Assembly: GCA_964607155.1 (NCBI GenBank)
Contig: CAZSIF010000007.1
Span: 21,808-85,807, forward strand
Origin: an uncultured Oscillospiraceae bacterium
GTDB lineage: Bacteria; Bacillota; Clostridia; Christensenellales; CAG-314
Direction of reading: 5' to 3'
Length of the DNA stretch: 64,000 bases
In this document: in pieces, positions 23,195 to 33,649 of the stretch
Position numbering within the stretch: position 1 is the first letter of the stretch
How the letters are laid out: each line of letters starts with the position of its first letter
Position numbers and translations under genes: made by a program
The notes under the pieces: generated by a model
The model's database searches: none
Seen by the model: only the letters and a program-made list of their open reading frames with translations
Told to the model about the DNA's origin: nothing

Positions 23195-23250
23195 AACAAT
23201 CCCTCCGTCACAGCAAGCTGCGACACCTCCCTTTACACAAGGGAGGCTTT
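23195..23250 (+). repeat. repeat module C
   Basis: ACAATCCCTCCGTCACAGCAAGCTGCGACACCTCCCTTTACACAAGGGAGGC. Confidence 0.88.
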
Positions 23251-23304
23251 TTTATTCGACAAAAACAGACAACTACCGACGAAAAGAAATCAAAACAAAT
23301 GAAT

Positions 23305-23450
23305 AAGTATAAAAATCGACGTAAAGTGACAAAAAGAAACAAAAACACAAAGTAACCGACCAAAACAATCTGTAACCAATAATAAAGGATAAAAATCGTC
23401 GTTAATGGATAAAAAGAAACAAAAACACAAAGTAACCGACCAAAACAGAC
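23305..23450. repeat. ~81-bp tandem duplication in A-rich intergenic DNA
   Basis: AAAAAGAAACAAAAACACAAAGTAACCGACCAAAACA at ~23330 and ~23411. Confidence 0.7.
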
Positions 23451-23501
23451 GAAAAACGACCGTGCAATCATAAAACCGACGGCGCAATCATATTAGATAG
23501 C

Positions 23502-24590
23502 ATGCAAACAAAACAACTGCTTGGCAATGTTGCATTAATTGTGGGCGACGTTGCATTAACCGTGGGTGCGTGCATTGGCGTGGGCGTTGCGAGCGGAAAA
23601 GAACCGCTACTGCTTGTGGGCAAAAACATTTTTCTGTTTGCAGCAACCTTTATCGTCGGCGCGACGCTTGTTCGCAAATATTGCCACGAAAGAAAAATCA
23701 CCGATGTTGCAACCTTTTGCAAAAACTGTTTTGGCAAGCTATCCGCTTTGGCTTGCACCGTTTTTGCCGCATGCAACGCAGTGTGTATATCGGCAATGAC
23801 CATCTGCGCAGAAAAGTGCCTTTCGCAACTATTTGCTCTAACCGACTTGCCCATATACGCCGTGTGTCTGTGCGTTTGCGCAACAATGCTGGCAAAATCC
23901 AACTTAAACACACTACGGCTATTTAACGGATTGGGCGTGATTTTGTGCGTTGCTTGGCTGATATTTGCCATGCAAAACAACGCCCACCGCGTGGCAGCCC
24001 ACCCAAACGTTAGCCCCACCGCAACGGCATTGTACGCCACATTTAGCGTTATGATGTCCGTATCGATACACGCCAAAAACGCACAGCGGCAAGGCAGTCA
24101 CCTAATTGCAATACTTGCAAGCGCAACCATACTGTGCGGCATTTTTGCAATGGTAAACGCATGCGCAACAAGCAACGGCAACTTCCCTACGCTATCGGCA
24201 AAAACGTCGGTGGACGCAAAAATCTTGGCAGGGGCAGCCGTATTTTTGACAACCGTATCGAGTTTGGCTTGCAACGTGTTGCCGATAAGCACTCTGACGG
24301 CGGACATTATACCGAGCAAAACGCTGCGGATTGCTTGCATATTTTGCGTTACGACGGCACTTTCCGTTATCGGCGCGGATAGCCTGATGACCTATGGCTA
24401 CACCATTGCCGGTTTATTGGGCGTGGCAACATTGATATCCGTTGCGTGGCAAATGTTTGATAGCTGCGTGCAACGACGAAAGTCGACAAAAATCGACTGT
24501 AAGCAATTAAAAACAACAAAGGTGAATAATTTTCGACAAAAAAACGACCAAAAGAAATTGAAACGAACGGTAATTGAGCAAAAAGGATAA
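23502..24590 (+). CDS. membrane protein, YkvI-like/APC-fold
   Basis: about 10 TM segments; IGVGVASGKE resembles the YkvI IGAGFASGxE motif. Confidence 0.55.
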   Translation: MQTKQLLGNVALIVGDVALTVGACIGVGVASGKEPLLLVGKNIFLFAATFIVGATLVRKYCHERKITDVATFCKNCFGKLSALACTVFAACNAVCISAMTICAEKCLSQLFALTDLPIYAVCLCVCATMLAKSNLNTLRLFNGLGVILCVAWLIFAMQNNAHRVAAHPNVSPTATALYATFSVMMSVSIHAKNAQRQGSHLIAILASATILCGIFAMVNACATSNGNFPTLSAKTSVDAKILAGAAVFLTTVSSLACNVLPISTLTADIIPSKTLRIACIFCVTTALSVIGADSLMTYGYTIAGLLGVATLISVAWQMFDSCVQRRKSTKIDCKQLKTTKVNNFRQKNDQKKLKRTVIEQKG

Positions 24591-24595
24591 AAAAA

Positions 24596-25048
24596 CTCCC
24601 TTTACACAAGGGAGGATTTTGTTGCATTTTCTAAACAAAGAGAATATTAACAATTACAATAACAAACTCGCCCGATGTCATTCTGAGCGAAGCGCAGCGA
24701 AGTCGAACTGCGTAGCAGTGCGAGGGGTTACCCCGAAGCAGAATCTAAGGGGCGGTTTGGGTAACGCAATGACTTAGTGGTAATATATAGTAGATCCCGA
24801 TGCTTCGCATCGCCCTACGGGTTCGACTGCGTGCTAACGCACTTCGCTCAGGATGACACATAAAAAAGGGCAAGACTTTCTTAAAAGAATAATGCACTAT
24901 AACAAACCCAATAATAATCACTGGTTACGCACTTCGCTCAGGATGACACTGTATAATATATCATTGACCATTAAGGATAATATGAAAGTACAAGTTTTAT
25001 ACAGTTAAAATGACGTAATTACCACCACTCACTTCGCTCAGGATGACA
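24596..25048 (+). repeat. composite repeat cluster (half C, A-B, two B tails)
   Basis: same modules. Confidence 0.9.
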
Positions 25049-25098
25049 CATTACCAATATGTACAGTTCTTTTGCAAAGAGAATATGTTGTAAGTTAA

Positions 25099-25965
25099 TT
25101 ACTTACTAAAAAGCTTTTCGACTGCCGCTTTATCGTAGACGTATTTTTTGCCGCAAAAATGGCAGCACACCTCGATTTTCCCTTGCTCCTCGATTATGCT
25201 ATCCGCTTCCGCCTTGCCAATGCTCCTAACAACGCGGTCAATCTTGCGTTTGCCGCAGTTACACTTATATCGAGCCTCGCACTCTTCCGTGAACACGGGG
25301 TTGAACTCGCCGAAAAACCTTGTGATAACGTCCCTTGCGGTGCTGTTTTCAAACTGATAGCTCATTTCGTCCATAGCATACATGACCGTTTCGATTTTAT
25401 CCAGCAGCTCTTGCGGACAGTTGGGCATAACCTGCACAAAAACGCCCCCTGCCGAGCGGCACAAATTTTTATCCAGCCCCACGCCGAGCGTTACGCCGCA
25501 AGGAATTTGCTCGCTTTTTGCAAAATAGTAGGCAAAGTCGGCGGCAATTTCCCCATTGGTAAGCTTGGACGAACCGACATACGGTTGCTTTAAGCCCAAA
25601 TCCTTGATGACCGTCAAGCTGCCGTCACGTCCAACCGCATCACCCACGGCAAGATGTCCGTTATCGTTAAGGGAAGTTTCCACAACGGGGTTATCCACAA
25701 CGCCCTTGACGTTGCACTGCCCGTCCGCACAGGCAATAATCTGCCCAAGCGGACCACCGCCGTTTATCTTGATTGTTAGGTAATCGTCCTTGTTTTTTAG
25801 CTCCTTGCCCATCAGCGCAGCCATGGTAAGCGTGCGCCCCAGTGCCGCCGCCGCAACGGGCGATAAACCGTGAATTTTTATTGCTTTGTTGACGATATCC
25901 TTTGTTTCCACCGCACTTATAATAACTGCGTTTTCCACAATCGCCTTGACTAAAATCGATGACAT
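25099..25965 (-). CDS. hslO: Hsp33 redox-regulated chaperone
   Basis: ALGRTLT, GGGPLG, YFAKSEQIP, zinc motif CNC...CHFC. Confidence 0.93.
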   Translation of the reverse strand: MSSILVKAIVENAVIISAVETKDIVNKAIKIHGLSPVAAAALGRTLTMAALMGKELKNKDDYLTIKINGGGPLGQIIACADGQCNVKGVVDNPVVETSLNDNGHLAVGDAVGRDGSLTVIKDLGLKQPYVGSSKLTNGEIAADFAYYFAKSEQIPCGVTLGVGLDKNLCRSAGGVFVQVMPNCPQELLDKIETVMYAMDEMSYQFENSTARDVITRFFGEFNPVFTEECEARYKCNCGKRKIDRVVRSIGKAEADSIIEEQGKIEVCCHFCGKKYVYDKAAVEKLFSK

Positions 25966-25966
25966 T

Positions 25967-26698
25967 TTATCCCTCCTTTGCTCCCTTGACCGCCAAAAAA
26001 GTCAGTCGCAGGCTATCCTCCGCCGGTTTGTCGCCGTAATCGGCAGTGACCTCGATTAGCTCAAAACCACTTTTGGCAAGCGCGCTTTGGATTGCCTCAC
26101 GCGTGTGAATGTACTGCGTGTGCGCCTCGTCGTTGCGGTCATACGCCTCTCCATTGCGAGAAAACAGCGCAAGCTGCATTTTGACGCGCTCGGCGTTGCA
26201 ATCGTTTGTCCACAGCAAGGTACAATCGTCATCGTCGTAATAAAAAACGTTGTTGCCCACAACGCTATTTAACTTGTAGGGCGACGACACGTCAAACGCA
26301 AAGGGCGCACCGCTCCTAAGGTTTTGCGCAACCGTGCTAAAAAACGGAGCAAGCTCACAAGGCTTTAAGTAGTTGACGGCGTCGTTTACCGCCACTGCCA
26401 TATCGACGGGACGAGGCAATGTTAGCTTGCGCATATCCTGTCGTACAAGCGTGGCACGCAAGCCCTTTTGACGTGCGGCACTAAGCATTTGCTCGCTACT
26501 ATCCACGCCGACAAGCTGCAAGCCGTGCTTTTCCAATAGCGCGGTCATTTTGCCCGTTCCGCAGGCAATATCCACCGCTTTTTTTGCGCCGTAACGCTTG
26601 GAAACGTCCAAAAGGTACTGGCTCCACTTGGGATAGTTGCAATCGTTTGCGGATATTAAATCGTAGTAATCCGCAAGAATCGTGTAGCTGTTGTTCAT
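25967..26698 (-). CDS. class I SAM-dependent methyltransferase
   Basis: DIACGTG, GVDSSEQML, QDMR, DAVNYL. Confidence 0.88.
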   Translation of the reverse strand: MNNSYTILADYYDLISANDCNYPKWSQYLLDVSKRYGAKKAVDIACGTGKMTALLEKHGLQLVGVDSSEQMLSAARQKGLRATLVRQDMRKLTLPRPVDMAVAVNDAVNYLKPCELAPFFSTVAQNLRSGAPFAFDVSSPYKLNSVVGNNVFYYDDDDCTLLWTNDCNAERVKMQLALFSRNGEAYDRNDEAHTQYIHTREAIQSALAKSGFELIEVTADYGDKPAEDSLRLTFLAVKGAKEG

Positions 26699-26961
26699 AA
26701 TTCACTCTATCGGCAAAGGCAACGTTGTTGATGGGCGGCACTATACGAAACCGCATAGGCACATGCCACCACACGCAAGCACGCAACCGCACGAATAAAA
26801 CGCTTACGCGCCTACGGCAATCACGCACAAACACGCAACGCCACAGCCCTTTTTTATCGAATTTTTTACCGCACCAAGCAGTTGCAGGCAAGCTTCCGTC
26901 AAACTATGCCCACGCAAAACTTTTGACAAGCTGCTGTGCAAAGCTGCCGTGCATTTTTGGG

Positions 26962-27915
26962 TTAGCTATTGTAATAGTTTGCAGGGGCGTCCAGAATTTC
27001 GTCCGGCTGCTTGCTTTTTGCTTGTCCCTTCTTTTTGCGAGCTTCCACAGGGTGGAACAATGCAAAAGTTTTCATCATATGCACCTGCCACACAAGTGGA
27101 ACGTACATGCCGCCGAACATAATCAGCAGCACCATATACAGCGAAAACAGCACGCCGTTGCTAAACAGGAAGTACAAGCCCACGGGCACTAACATAAGTA
27201 TAAAGTGCACAAGGTTGGGCAGAACATTCATCCACATCAGCAACCAGCTATCTTTGAGATTTTGCGCCACCGATTGCTTGTATGTGACGGATACCGAACA
27301 AAGTATTGTCAGATACATTGCAAGAAAGGCAAAGACAATGCAAAGCAACACAAGCAGTACGATGGCAAGCCAAGCGGGTACAAGCGCGCTGATTGCCGTA
27401 TAAAACGCAAACAGACCGTACGCGCCGAAAGATATTATCGTCGCGGCTACGAGTGCGTACAAAATGTTTGACTTGAAGCCCAACCACAAGCTTTTGAAAA
27501 CGCCCACGGTGGAAAGTTTGCCCGTCCAGAATGCGTCGCGAATGACGGCAAAGCCGCCGCTAAGCACCACGGCAAGAATAAGACCGGAAAGCGCGATTTT
27601 TGCGCCGCTAACATAGTTGTTTGCCGTTACGCCTGCTTGATAGACAGCGTCGACGCCATCCCAAACACCGGTGGAAAAACCGACGGCATTGAGCATGGGA
27701 AGCTCGCGCTGCAACGACGTGTTGACTATCGCACCGCTATAAAACATGATGATGACCGGCACAATGCACAAAAGCATCAAAATGCTGTAACCGAAAAGCC
27801 GCCACATGTTGTCCCTATAAAGCACCTTGAAAAAGCTCCAAGCGCTAAGACGATTTAGACGTTTGGTGACGTGTGTGTTACGCTCGTTTTCGAGCTTGAT
27901 TTGACTGTAATCCAT
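26962..27915 (-). CDS. hypothetical multi-pass membrane protein
   Basis: 317-aa ORF with about 6 hydrophobic helices and an RBS. Confidence 0.7.
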   Translation of the reverse strand: MDYSQIKLENERNTHVTKRLNRLSAWSFFKVLYRDNMWRLFGYSILMLLCIVPVIIMFYSGAIVNTSLQRELPMLNAVGFSTGVWDGVDAVYQAGVTANNYVSGAKIALSGLILAVVLSGGFAVIRDAFWTGKLSTVGVFKSLWLGFKSNILYALVAATIISFGAYGLFAFYTAISALVPAWLAIVLLVLLCIVFAFLAMYLTILCSVSVTYKQSVAQNLKDSWLLMWMNVLPNLVHFILMLVPVGLYFLFSNGVLFSLYMVLLIMFGGMYVPLVWQVHMMKTFALFHPVEARKKKGQAKSKQPDEILDAPANYYNS

Positions 27916-28192
27916 ATGTGATATTCCTTTATCGGCAGTGCCGACGTTGTATTATTGAGCGAAACAGGCAACGACCGTGGCTGCCGCTCGCAAACAATTC
28001 GATTATTGAGCATGGTTACCCAAAGTTTTTGCGCCTTGTGGCAAAAAAAAATGCCACATTACAAAGCTAACTTTAGTATTATAGCACAAAAAGCTGACTT
28101 ATTGCTTGAAAATTGCAAAATAATTATTATTTTATATATATTTTTTTAGCTCGCGATGTTGGGGGCGAGCGAATGTTATTATGAGCGGATAT

Positions 28193-28503
28193 GCGGCGAG
28201 GGCAAGCGACGTTCCGCCCCGATGTCATTCTGAGCGGAGCGCAAGCGAAGTCGAACTGCGTAGCAGTGCGAGGCGTGAGCCGAAGCAGAATCTAAGGGGC
28301 GGTTTTGGTAACGCAATGACTTGGTGGCAGTATATAGTAGACCCCGATGCTGGCGCATCGCCCTTCGGGTTCGACTGCGTGCTAACGCACTCCGCTCAGG
28401 ATGACACGGTATAATATCATTAGCTATTAAAAATAGTATGCAAAAACAAGTTGTATTCAGTTAGTATGACGTAAATGTCATTACGCATTTCGCTCAGGAT
28501 GGC
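28193..28503 (+). repeat. composite repeat cluster (A-B, B tail)
   Basis: same modules; spacers shared with the 24596 and 19755 clusters. Confidence 0.9.
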
Positions 28504-28552
28504 ACTTGACCGTATTTGTATGCGGACGGAACAAGTATGCACCACGTTGCAT

Positions 28553-28800
28553 ACGGTTTTCGACATAACCCACCCCAAACAAACAGTTTGCGACGAAAAC
28601 AACAAAAAGCACAAAAAGCCAAGACGGTTTTCTACAAAAACCACAAAAAACAAACAATTATCGACGATAAACATCGCATTTCTACAAAATACAGTCGATT
28701 TTCGACGAAGGACATCGCATTTCGACAAAAACTACAAAAAACCAAAAAACAAAGACGGTTTTCGACATAACCCACCCCAAACAAACAGATTGCGACAAAA
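28553..28800. repeat. ~35-45-bp direct repeat in A/C-rich intergenic DNA
   Basis: ACGGTTTTCGACATAACCCACCCCAAACAAACAG at ~28553 and ~28755. Confidence 0.7.
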
Positions 28801-28861
28801 ACAACAAAAAACAGTCAATTATCGACCGCCGCTATCATAAGCTTATACTCAGGAGCAAGCA

Positions 28862-31048
28862 ATGAAAACCATTGGCGTTATCGGCGCAACGGGGTTGACC
28901 GGCGAGGCATTTACAAAAATTTTGCTCAACAAGCTTGGCGGTAGCGTTGCTGTGCGTCTTTTTGCAGGCAACTCCGCAGGAGCGCGCATACAGCATGGCA
29001 GCAAATGGATAACCGTGGAAAGTATCGACGCCGCCCTTGACGGCAAGTTGGATTACGCCGTGTTTATGACGCCGCCGGACGTATCGGCAAAATACGCGCC
29101 GCTGCTTACGGCTCGCGGAATAACCTGCATCGATAACAGCCCGTGCTTCCGCAACGACAAAAGCGTGCCGCTAATTGTGCGACAGATTAACGGCGAACTT
29201 ATCAGCGGCAACCTTATTGCCAACCCCAACTGCGTGACCATTCAGGTTGCCATTGCGCTAAACGCGCTGCTGCCGTGGCAACCAAAACGGTTGACCGTTG
29301 CAACCTATCAATCGGCGAGCGGCGCAGGCAGAGAGGGGTTAGCCGACCTTATTGAGCGGCGCACGATACCGCATCTGCAAGCCTTTACCAACCAAATTTT
29401 TGACAACGTTTTGCCACAAATTGGCGAAATTTTGCCCGACGGCTACACCGTTGAGGAACATAAAATGCAGGACGAACTGCAAAAAATATTTGCCAAAAAG
29501 CTTTCCGTCAACTGCTTTGCCGCCAGAGTGCCCGTCAGCGTGGGACACTGCGCATTTGTAAACGTCGAGCTGCAACAGTCGTTTGTGCTATCGGATGTTA
29601 TCCAAAACATCAAAAATCAGCCAAATGTGCTGGTGTTGAACGGTGATAACGCCACTCCGAGGATACTATGCCACACAAAGTATGTTGCGATTGGGCGAAT
29701 TGTAGAGTACTTGCCCACCAACAGCGTTAATATGTTCGTCGTTGCGGACAATTTGTTGCGCGGCGCGGCATACAACGCATTTGAAATTTTGGAGCAGCTG
29801 CTCGAAAAAGACGCTGTGACAGAAAAAACAAACCGCAACGCAAGAATTTCCGACGTGCGACCGAACCATAACGACACAAAAGCACCGCTATTTGACAGAA
29901 CTCCGCCTTGCAGTACGGACAAGGAATGCACGCAAAACACAAATTCGCAATACACCGAACACCGCTCTGCCGAAAGCAACTTGCACCTCCGCATCAAACG
30001 TACTACGATAAATGCGCAACCGAAATGCACGGTCATAACAGCCATCGGCACAAGCACTAACGGCGACAGGCAAAGCGGCTCGGTTAGGCAAGAAAAACAG
30101 TCAATCGCAAACAAACCACACAACCATAACGCAGAAACGCCAAGCGCGCCAACTGCCACCACAATTCATGGCAGAACAAACGCCACAACCGAACCAAACT
30201 CAAACACTGCAAACAAGCCCACCAAAAGCAAGCTGCTTATCACCGCGCTTGCAACGCCCTACCGCAACGGACGGATAGACTGCCGTTCACTGGAAAAGCT
30301 TGTGGAGCGGCAAACTGTTGCCGACGGAGTTGTGGCATGTGGCACAACCGGCGAAGGACATTTGCTTGCAGAAAGCGAACGAACTGAAATATTGCGGTGC
30401 ATAAAAGCCGTTGCGCCAAGCCTGCCAATGTGGGCAACGATAACGCAAACGGGCACATCGAAAGCAATACGGCAAGCCGAAACCGCAACGAAAATGGGTG
30501 CAAGTGCACTGTTATTGTGTCCGCCGCTATTTGTGGGGTGCTCGCCACAAGGGTTTTTGCAACACGTCAAAGCCATACGAGCCGCAACGCATTTGCCGAT
30601 ATGCCTATACAACGTGCCGCACCGCTGCGGATACAGCTTGAACAAGACCGTTGTGCAACGCCTTGCCGACGACATCGAATACATCAAGGATTGTACCGCC
30701 GAACTGCAAATGAAGGACGTTGCGGACATCGGCTTGTTGTGCGGCTCGGACGGGCTGTTGCAAAAATATTTGGCGGCGGGCGCGTGCGGAATTGTATCGG
30801 TCGCGTCCAATGCGGCGCCACAGTTAAGCAGGCTTGCGCTCGAAGGGGACACCGATTGCCGAACGCTTTTCCGCAAGATTGCACGCCTACTGGACAGGGA
30901 GCCTAACCCCGTTTGCATAAAATACTTGCTGAAAAAGCTTGGAATTTTCCGCACGGACGAAGTGCGTTTGCCGTTACTTGGAGCGAGCAACGGCACAAAG
31001 GCGGCTATCGACAAATTTATTTGCGACTACGCCGAAATATTGCGATAA
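28862..31048 (+). CDS. fused aspartate-semialdehyde dehydrogenase / 4-hydroxy-tetrahydrodipicolinate synthase (Asd-linker-DapA)
   Basis: aa 1-320 Asd (GATGLTG, NPNC, TYQSASGAG, RVPVSVGH, DNLLRGAA); aa ~458-728 DapA (GTTGEG, LYNVP, YIKD, EPNPVCIK); no stop codon between them. Confidence 0.85.
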   Translation: MKTIGVIGATGLTGEAFTKILLNKLGGSVAVRLFAGNSAGARIQHGSKWITVESIDAALDGKLDYAVFMTPPDVSAKYAPLLTARGITCIDNSPCFRNDKSVPLIVRQINGELISGNLIANPNCVTIQVAIALNALLPWQPKRLTVATYQSASGAGREGLADLIERRTIPHLQAFTNQIFDNVLPQIGEILPDGYTVEEHKMQDELQKIFAKKLSVNCFAARVPVSVGHCAFVNVELQQSFVLSDVIQNIKNQPNVLVLNGDNATPRILCHTKYVAIGRIVEYLPTNSVNMFVVADNLLRGAAYNAFEILEQLLEKDAVTEKTNRNARISDVRPNHNDTKAPLFDRTPPCSTDKECTQNTNSQYTEHRSAESNLHLRIKRTTINAQPKCTVITAIGTSTNGDRQSGSVRQEKQSIANKPHNHNAETPSAPTATTIHGRTNATTEPNSNTANKPTKSKLLITALATPYRNGRIDCRSLEKLVERQTVADGVVACGTTGEGHLLAESERTEILRCIKAVAPSLPMWATITQTGTSKAIRQAETATKMGASALLLCPPLFVGCSPQGFLQHVKAIRAATHLPICLYNVPHRCGYSLNKTVVQRLADDIEYIKDCTAELQMKDVADIGLLCGSDGLLQKYLAAGACGIVSVASNAAPQLSRLALEGDTDCRTLFRKIARLLDREPNPVCIKYLLKKLGIFRTDEVRLPLLGASNGTKAAIDKFICDYAEILR

Positions 31049-31059
31049 AGGGGAACAAA

Positions 31060-31686
31060 ATGATTGTGGCAGTTTGGGGTGCAAAGGGAAACGTCGGCAA
31101 AGAGGTTGTTGCCGTGTGCAAGCAACGTGGACATGAGGTTATAGAAATTGACGTTGAAAACGCCACCCAAGCCATCGACGAACGTGCGGACATTGCGATA
31201 AATTTTTCCGTTCCGAGTGCCACACAAGACGTTGTGCGCTACTGCACGTTGCACAGGTGCGCGCTTATCGACGGCGTGACTGGCAGAACGAAAAAGCAAA
31301 TGCAGCTACTAAGCGAGCTTGCACAAATCGTGACTGTGTGCCAAAGCGTTAATTTTTCGCAAGGGGCAACGCTGCTGACGGAGATTGCCGCCCACGTTGC
31401 GCAAAAAGTCGGCTGGGATTGCGAAATTACCGAGATACATCGCAAAAACAAGCGTGACGCGCCAAGCGGCACTGCCAAGCAAATTGCCGCAGCCGTTTTG
31501 CAGGCAAGGGGCGGTTTTTCGTCTGCGACGATACACAGCCTACGTTGCGGCAACTGTTGCGGAACGCACACCGTTATTTTTGGCGGCGACGGGGAAAGGT
31601 TGGAAATTACGCACATTGCCGAGAATCGCAAAGTGTTTGCCTTGGGCGCAGTGCTTAAAGCCGAAGAGGTGACAAAGGGGAAATAG
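31060..31686 (+). CDS. dapB: 4-hydroxy-tetrahydrodipicolinate reductase
   Basis: GAKGNVG, GVTG, NFSQG, EIH..NKRDAPSGTA, GTHTVIF, FALGA. Confidence 0.9.
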   Translation: MIVAVWGAKGNVGKEVVAVCKQRGHEVIEIDVENATQAIDERADIAINFSVPSATQDVVRYCTLHRCALIDGVTGRTKKQMQLLSELAQIVTVCQSVNFSQGATLLTEIAAHVAQKVGWDCEITEIHRKNKRDAPSGTAKQIAAAVLQARGGFSSATIHSLRCGNCCGTHTVIFGGDGERLEITHIAENRKVFALGAVLKAEEVTKGK

Positions 31687-31710
31687 GGGAAGTATAGATA
31701 GGTTTAATGT

Positions 31711-31749
31711 AACAAACCCTCCGTCGTGGAATGTGACGGAGGGTTTGTT
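31711..31749. terminator. bidirectional terminator-like hairpin between convergent dapB and U32 genes
   Basis: AACAAACCCTCCGTC-gtggaatgt-GACGGAGGGTTTGTT. Confidence 0.65.
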
Positions 31750-31761
31750 GAATTTAATATA

Positions 31762-31868
31762 TCAGTTCGGCTTGCGCAGAATGTCGCCGATGTGGAATGC
31801 GCAAGTGCAGTTGATTTTTAGTATCTGCTTTACCTTGTTGCAAACTTCAACGACATCGTTAAGGTCGA
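31762..31868 (-). repeat. diverged duplicate of the last ~35 codons of the U32 gene
   Basis: aligns with 31885-31995, including an identical ~45-bp block and the stop codon. Confidence 0.85.
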
Positions 31869-31884
31869 TTTTATACAAACGCAA

Positions 31885-33099
31885 TCAGTTCGGTTTGCGT
31901 AAAATATCGCCGGTGTGCAACGCGTAGGGGCAGTTGATTTTTAGTATCTGCTTTACCTTGTTGCAAACTTCAACGGCGTTTCCGTTAAGGTCGGTTGCCT
32001 CCGTGACGGTAAAAGTCTTGCAAAAACCGTCGCCAACCGAAAGCACCTCTAACGTGTCGCCCACAACAAATTTGTTGCGCTGTTCCACCACCGCAAAACC
32101 GTCGCCGACTTGCTTTACGACGGCAATAAATTTGTACTCCTCAACCGCCTTGCTGCTTTGGTAATACTGGCGAGATTCGTCCTCGTCCAAGTAGAACCCC
32201 GTGGTATACTCCCTATGCGACGCCTTGTTGAGCTCCGTCTGCAAGGTTTGTTCCACATCGGCAAAAGTGCCGTTTGCAATTGCATCTAACGCACGTCGGT
32301 ACGCATTGACCACCGTCGCAACGTAAAATGCCGATTTCATTCTGCCTTCGATTTTCAAGCTGACAACGCCGACATCCAAAATTTGCGGCAGGTGCGAAAG
32401 CATGTTCATATCCTTGCTGTTAAATATGTAAGTGCCACGCTCGTCTTCCATGACGGGCAGGCTATCCGTGCGAGAAACTTCCCTAACTTCCCACTGCCAA
32501 CGGCACGCTTGCACGCACTCGCCACGATTGCTGTTGCGGTTGGTCAGATAGTTTGAAAGCAAGCACCGCCCAGAATAGCTAACGCACATTGCGCCGTGCA
32601 CAAACGCTTCCAGCTGCACGTCGGGGCAAAAATCGTGAATTTTTTGTATTTCCGCAAGGGGCACCTCACGAGCCAAAACCACACGCTGTGCGCCAAGATT
32701 TTTCCAAAAATCCACGGCGTACTTGTTGGTTGTGTTTGCCTGCGTGGAAATGTGTATCGGCAGCGAACAATGCTTTTGCACAAAGGAAAACACGCCAAGG
32801 TCGGATACAAGCACGGCGTCCACGCCTGCCTTTTCCAACAAAGTTAGGTATGGCGGCAACTGCTCAAAATCCGCGTCGCTTGCAAAAATGTTTATGGTAA
32901 CGTACACACGCTTGCCCAACTGGTGAGCGTATCTGCACGCCTCGATAATTTCGTCGTCGTCAAAGTTATCGGCAAAGGCACGCAAGCCAAAACGCTTGCC
33001 GGCAAGATACACCGCGTCCGCACCGAAATGGAATGCCGTCTTTAATTTTTCCATGCTGCCGGCAGGTGCTAACAGCTCAATATTTGAAATATCGTACAT
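31885..33099 (-). CDS. U32 family protein (tRNA hydroxylation TrhP/YrrO-like)
   Basis: ELLAPAG, GADAVY, HISTQ, LAREV, HGAMCVSYSGRC, CVQACR, LKIEGRMK; lies next to a TrmR-like methyltransferase. Confidence 0.88.
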   Translation of the reverse strand: MYDISNIELLAPAGSMEKLKTAFHFGADAVYLAGKRFGLRAFADNFDDDEIIEACRYAHQLGKRVYVTINIFASDADFEQLPPYLTLLEKAGVDAVLVSDLGVFSFVQKHCSLPIHISTQANTTNKYAVDFWKNLGAQRVVLAREVPLAEIQKIHDFCPDVQLEAFVHGAMCVSYSGRCLLSNYLTNRNSNRGECVQACRWQWEVREVSRTDSLPVMEDERGTYIFNSKDMNMLSHLPQILDVGVVSLKIEGRMKSAFYVATVVNAYRRALDAIANGTFADVEQTLQTELNKASHREYTTGFYLDEDESRQYYQSSKAVEEYKFIAVVKQVGDGFAVVEQRNKFVVGDTLEVLSVGDGFCKTFTVTEATDLNGNAVEVCNKVKQILKINCPYALHTGDILRKPN

Positions 33100-33258
33100 A
33101 CTAACCTTTCTGTCTGTTTGCGCCATTCACACAGAATTTTGCGTCGCAAACGGACGATTTTATTACTTCATTTGATACTATTACAGAAATAGTATTATTT
33201 ATTTTGGCGAAATCTGATATAATAAGCGGCATTTTGCGGCAAAGGGTTGATTATTAGT

Positions 33259-33325
33259 AGATCCCGATGCTGGCGCATCGCCCTATCGGGTTCGACTACG
33301 GGCTACGCCCTACGCTCAGGATGAC
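33259..33325 (+). repeat. repeat module B
   Basis: AGATCCCGATGCTGGCGCATCG...CGCTCAGGATGACA. Confidence 0.88.
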
Positions 33326-33649
33326 ACTGTAAGTGTGCCTTTGACTTATTCAAATAAAAAGTCGCCAAAACTATGCGGTTCGCCGCAGCGCACAAAACGC
33401 ACTACGCCACCTTGTTGCACTGCAATACTAAATTTAAGCACCACTCGCATAACGCAAAACGCAATTTTAGCAAGCTATTAGCCAAGCCCAAAAACCGCTC
33501 GCCACAGCCAAAACAGCCGTCCAAAACAACCATTCTAAAACCAACTTGCCGCCACAGAAATTGAGGATTTTAATTATTAAAATTGCACAGCCGCCAAGCA
33601 AACGCTACGCAACAAACCGCCACATTATTGCACTGCCTTTTATGCAAAA

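Noticed and set aside
31762-31995. Template/variable repeat pair of a diversity-generating retroelement
   Set aside because: Differences are not adenine-specific and no reverse transcriptase is present
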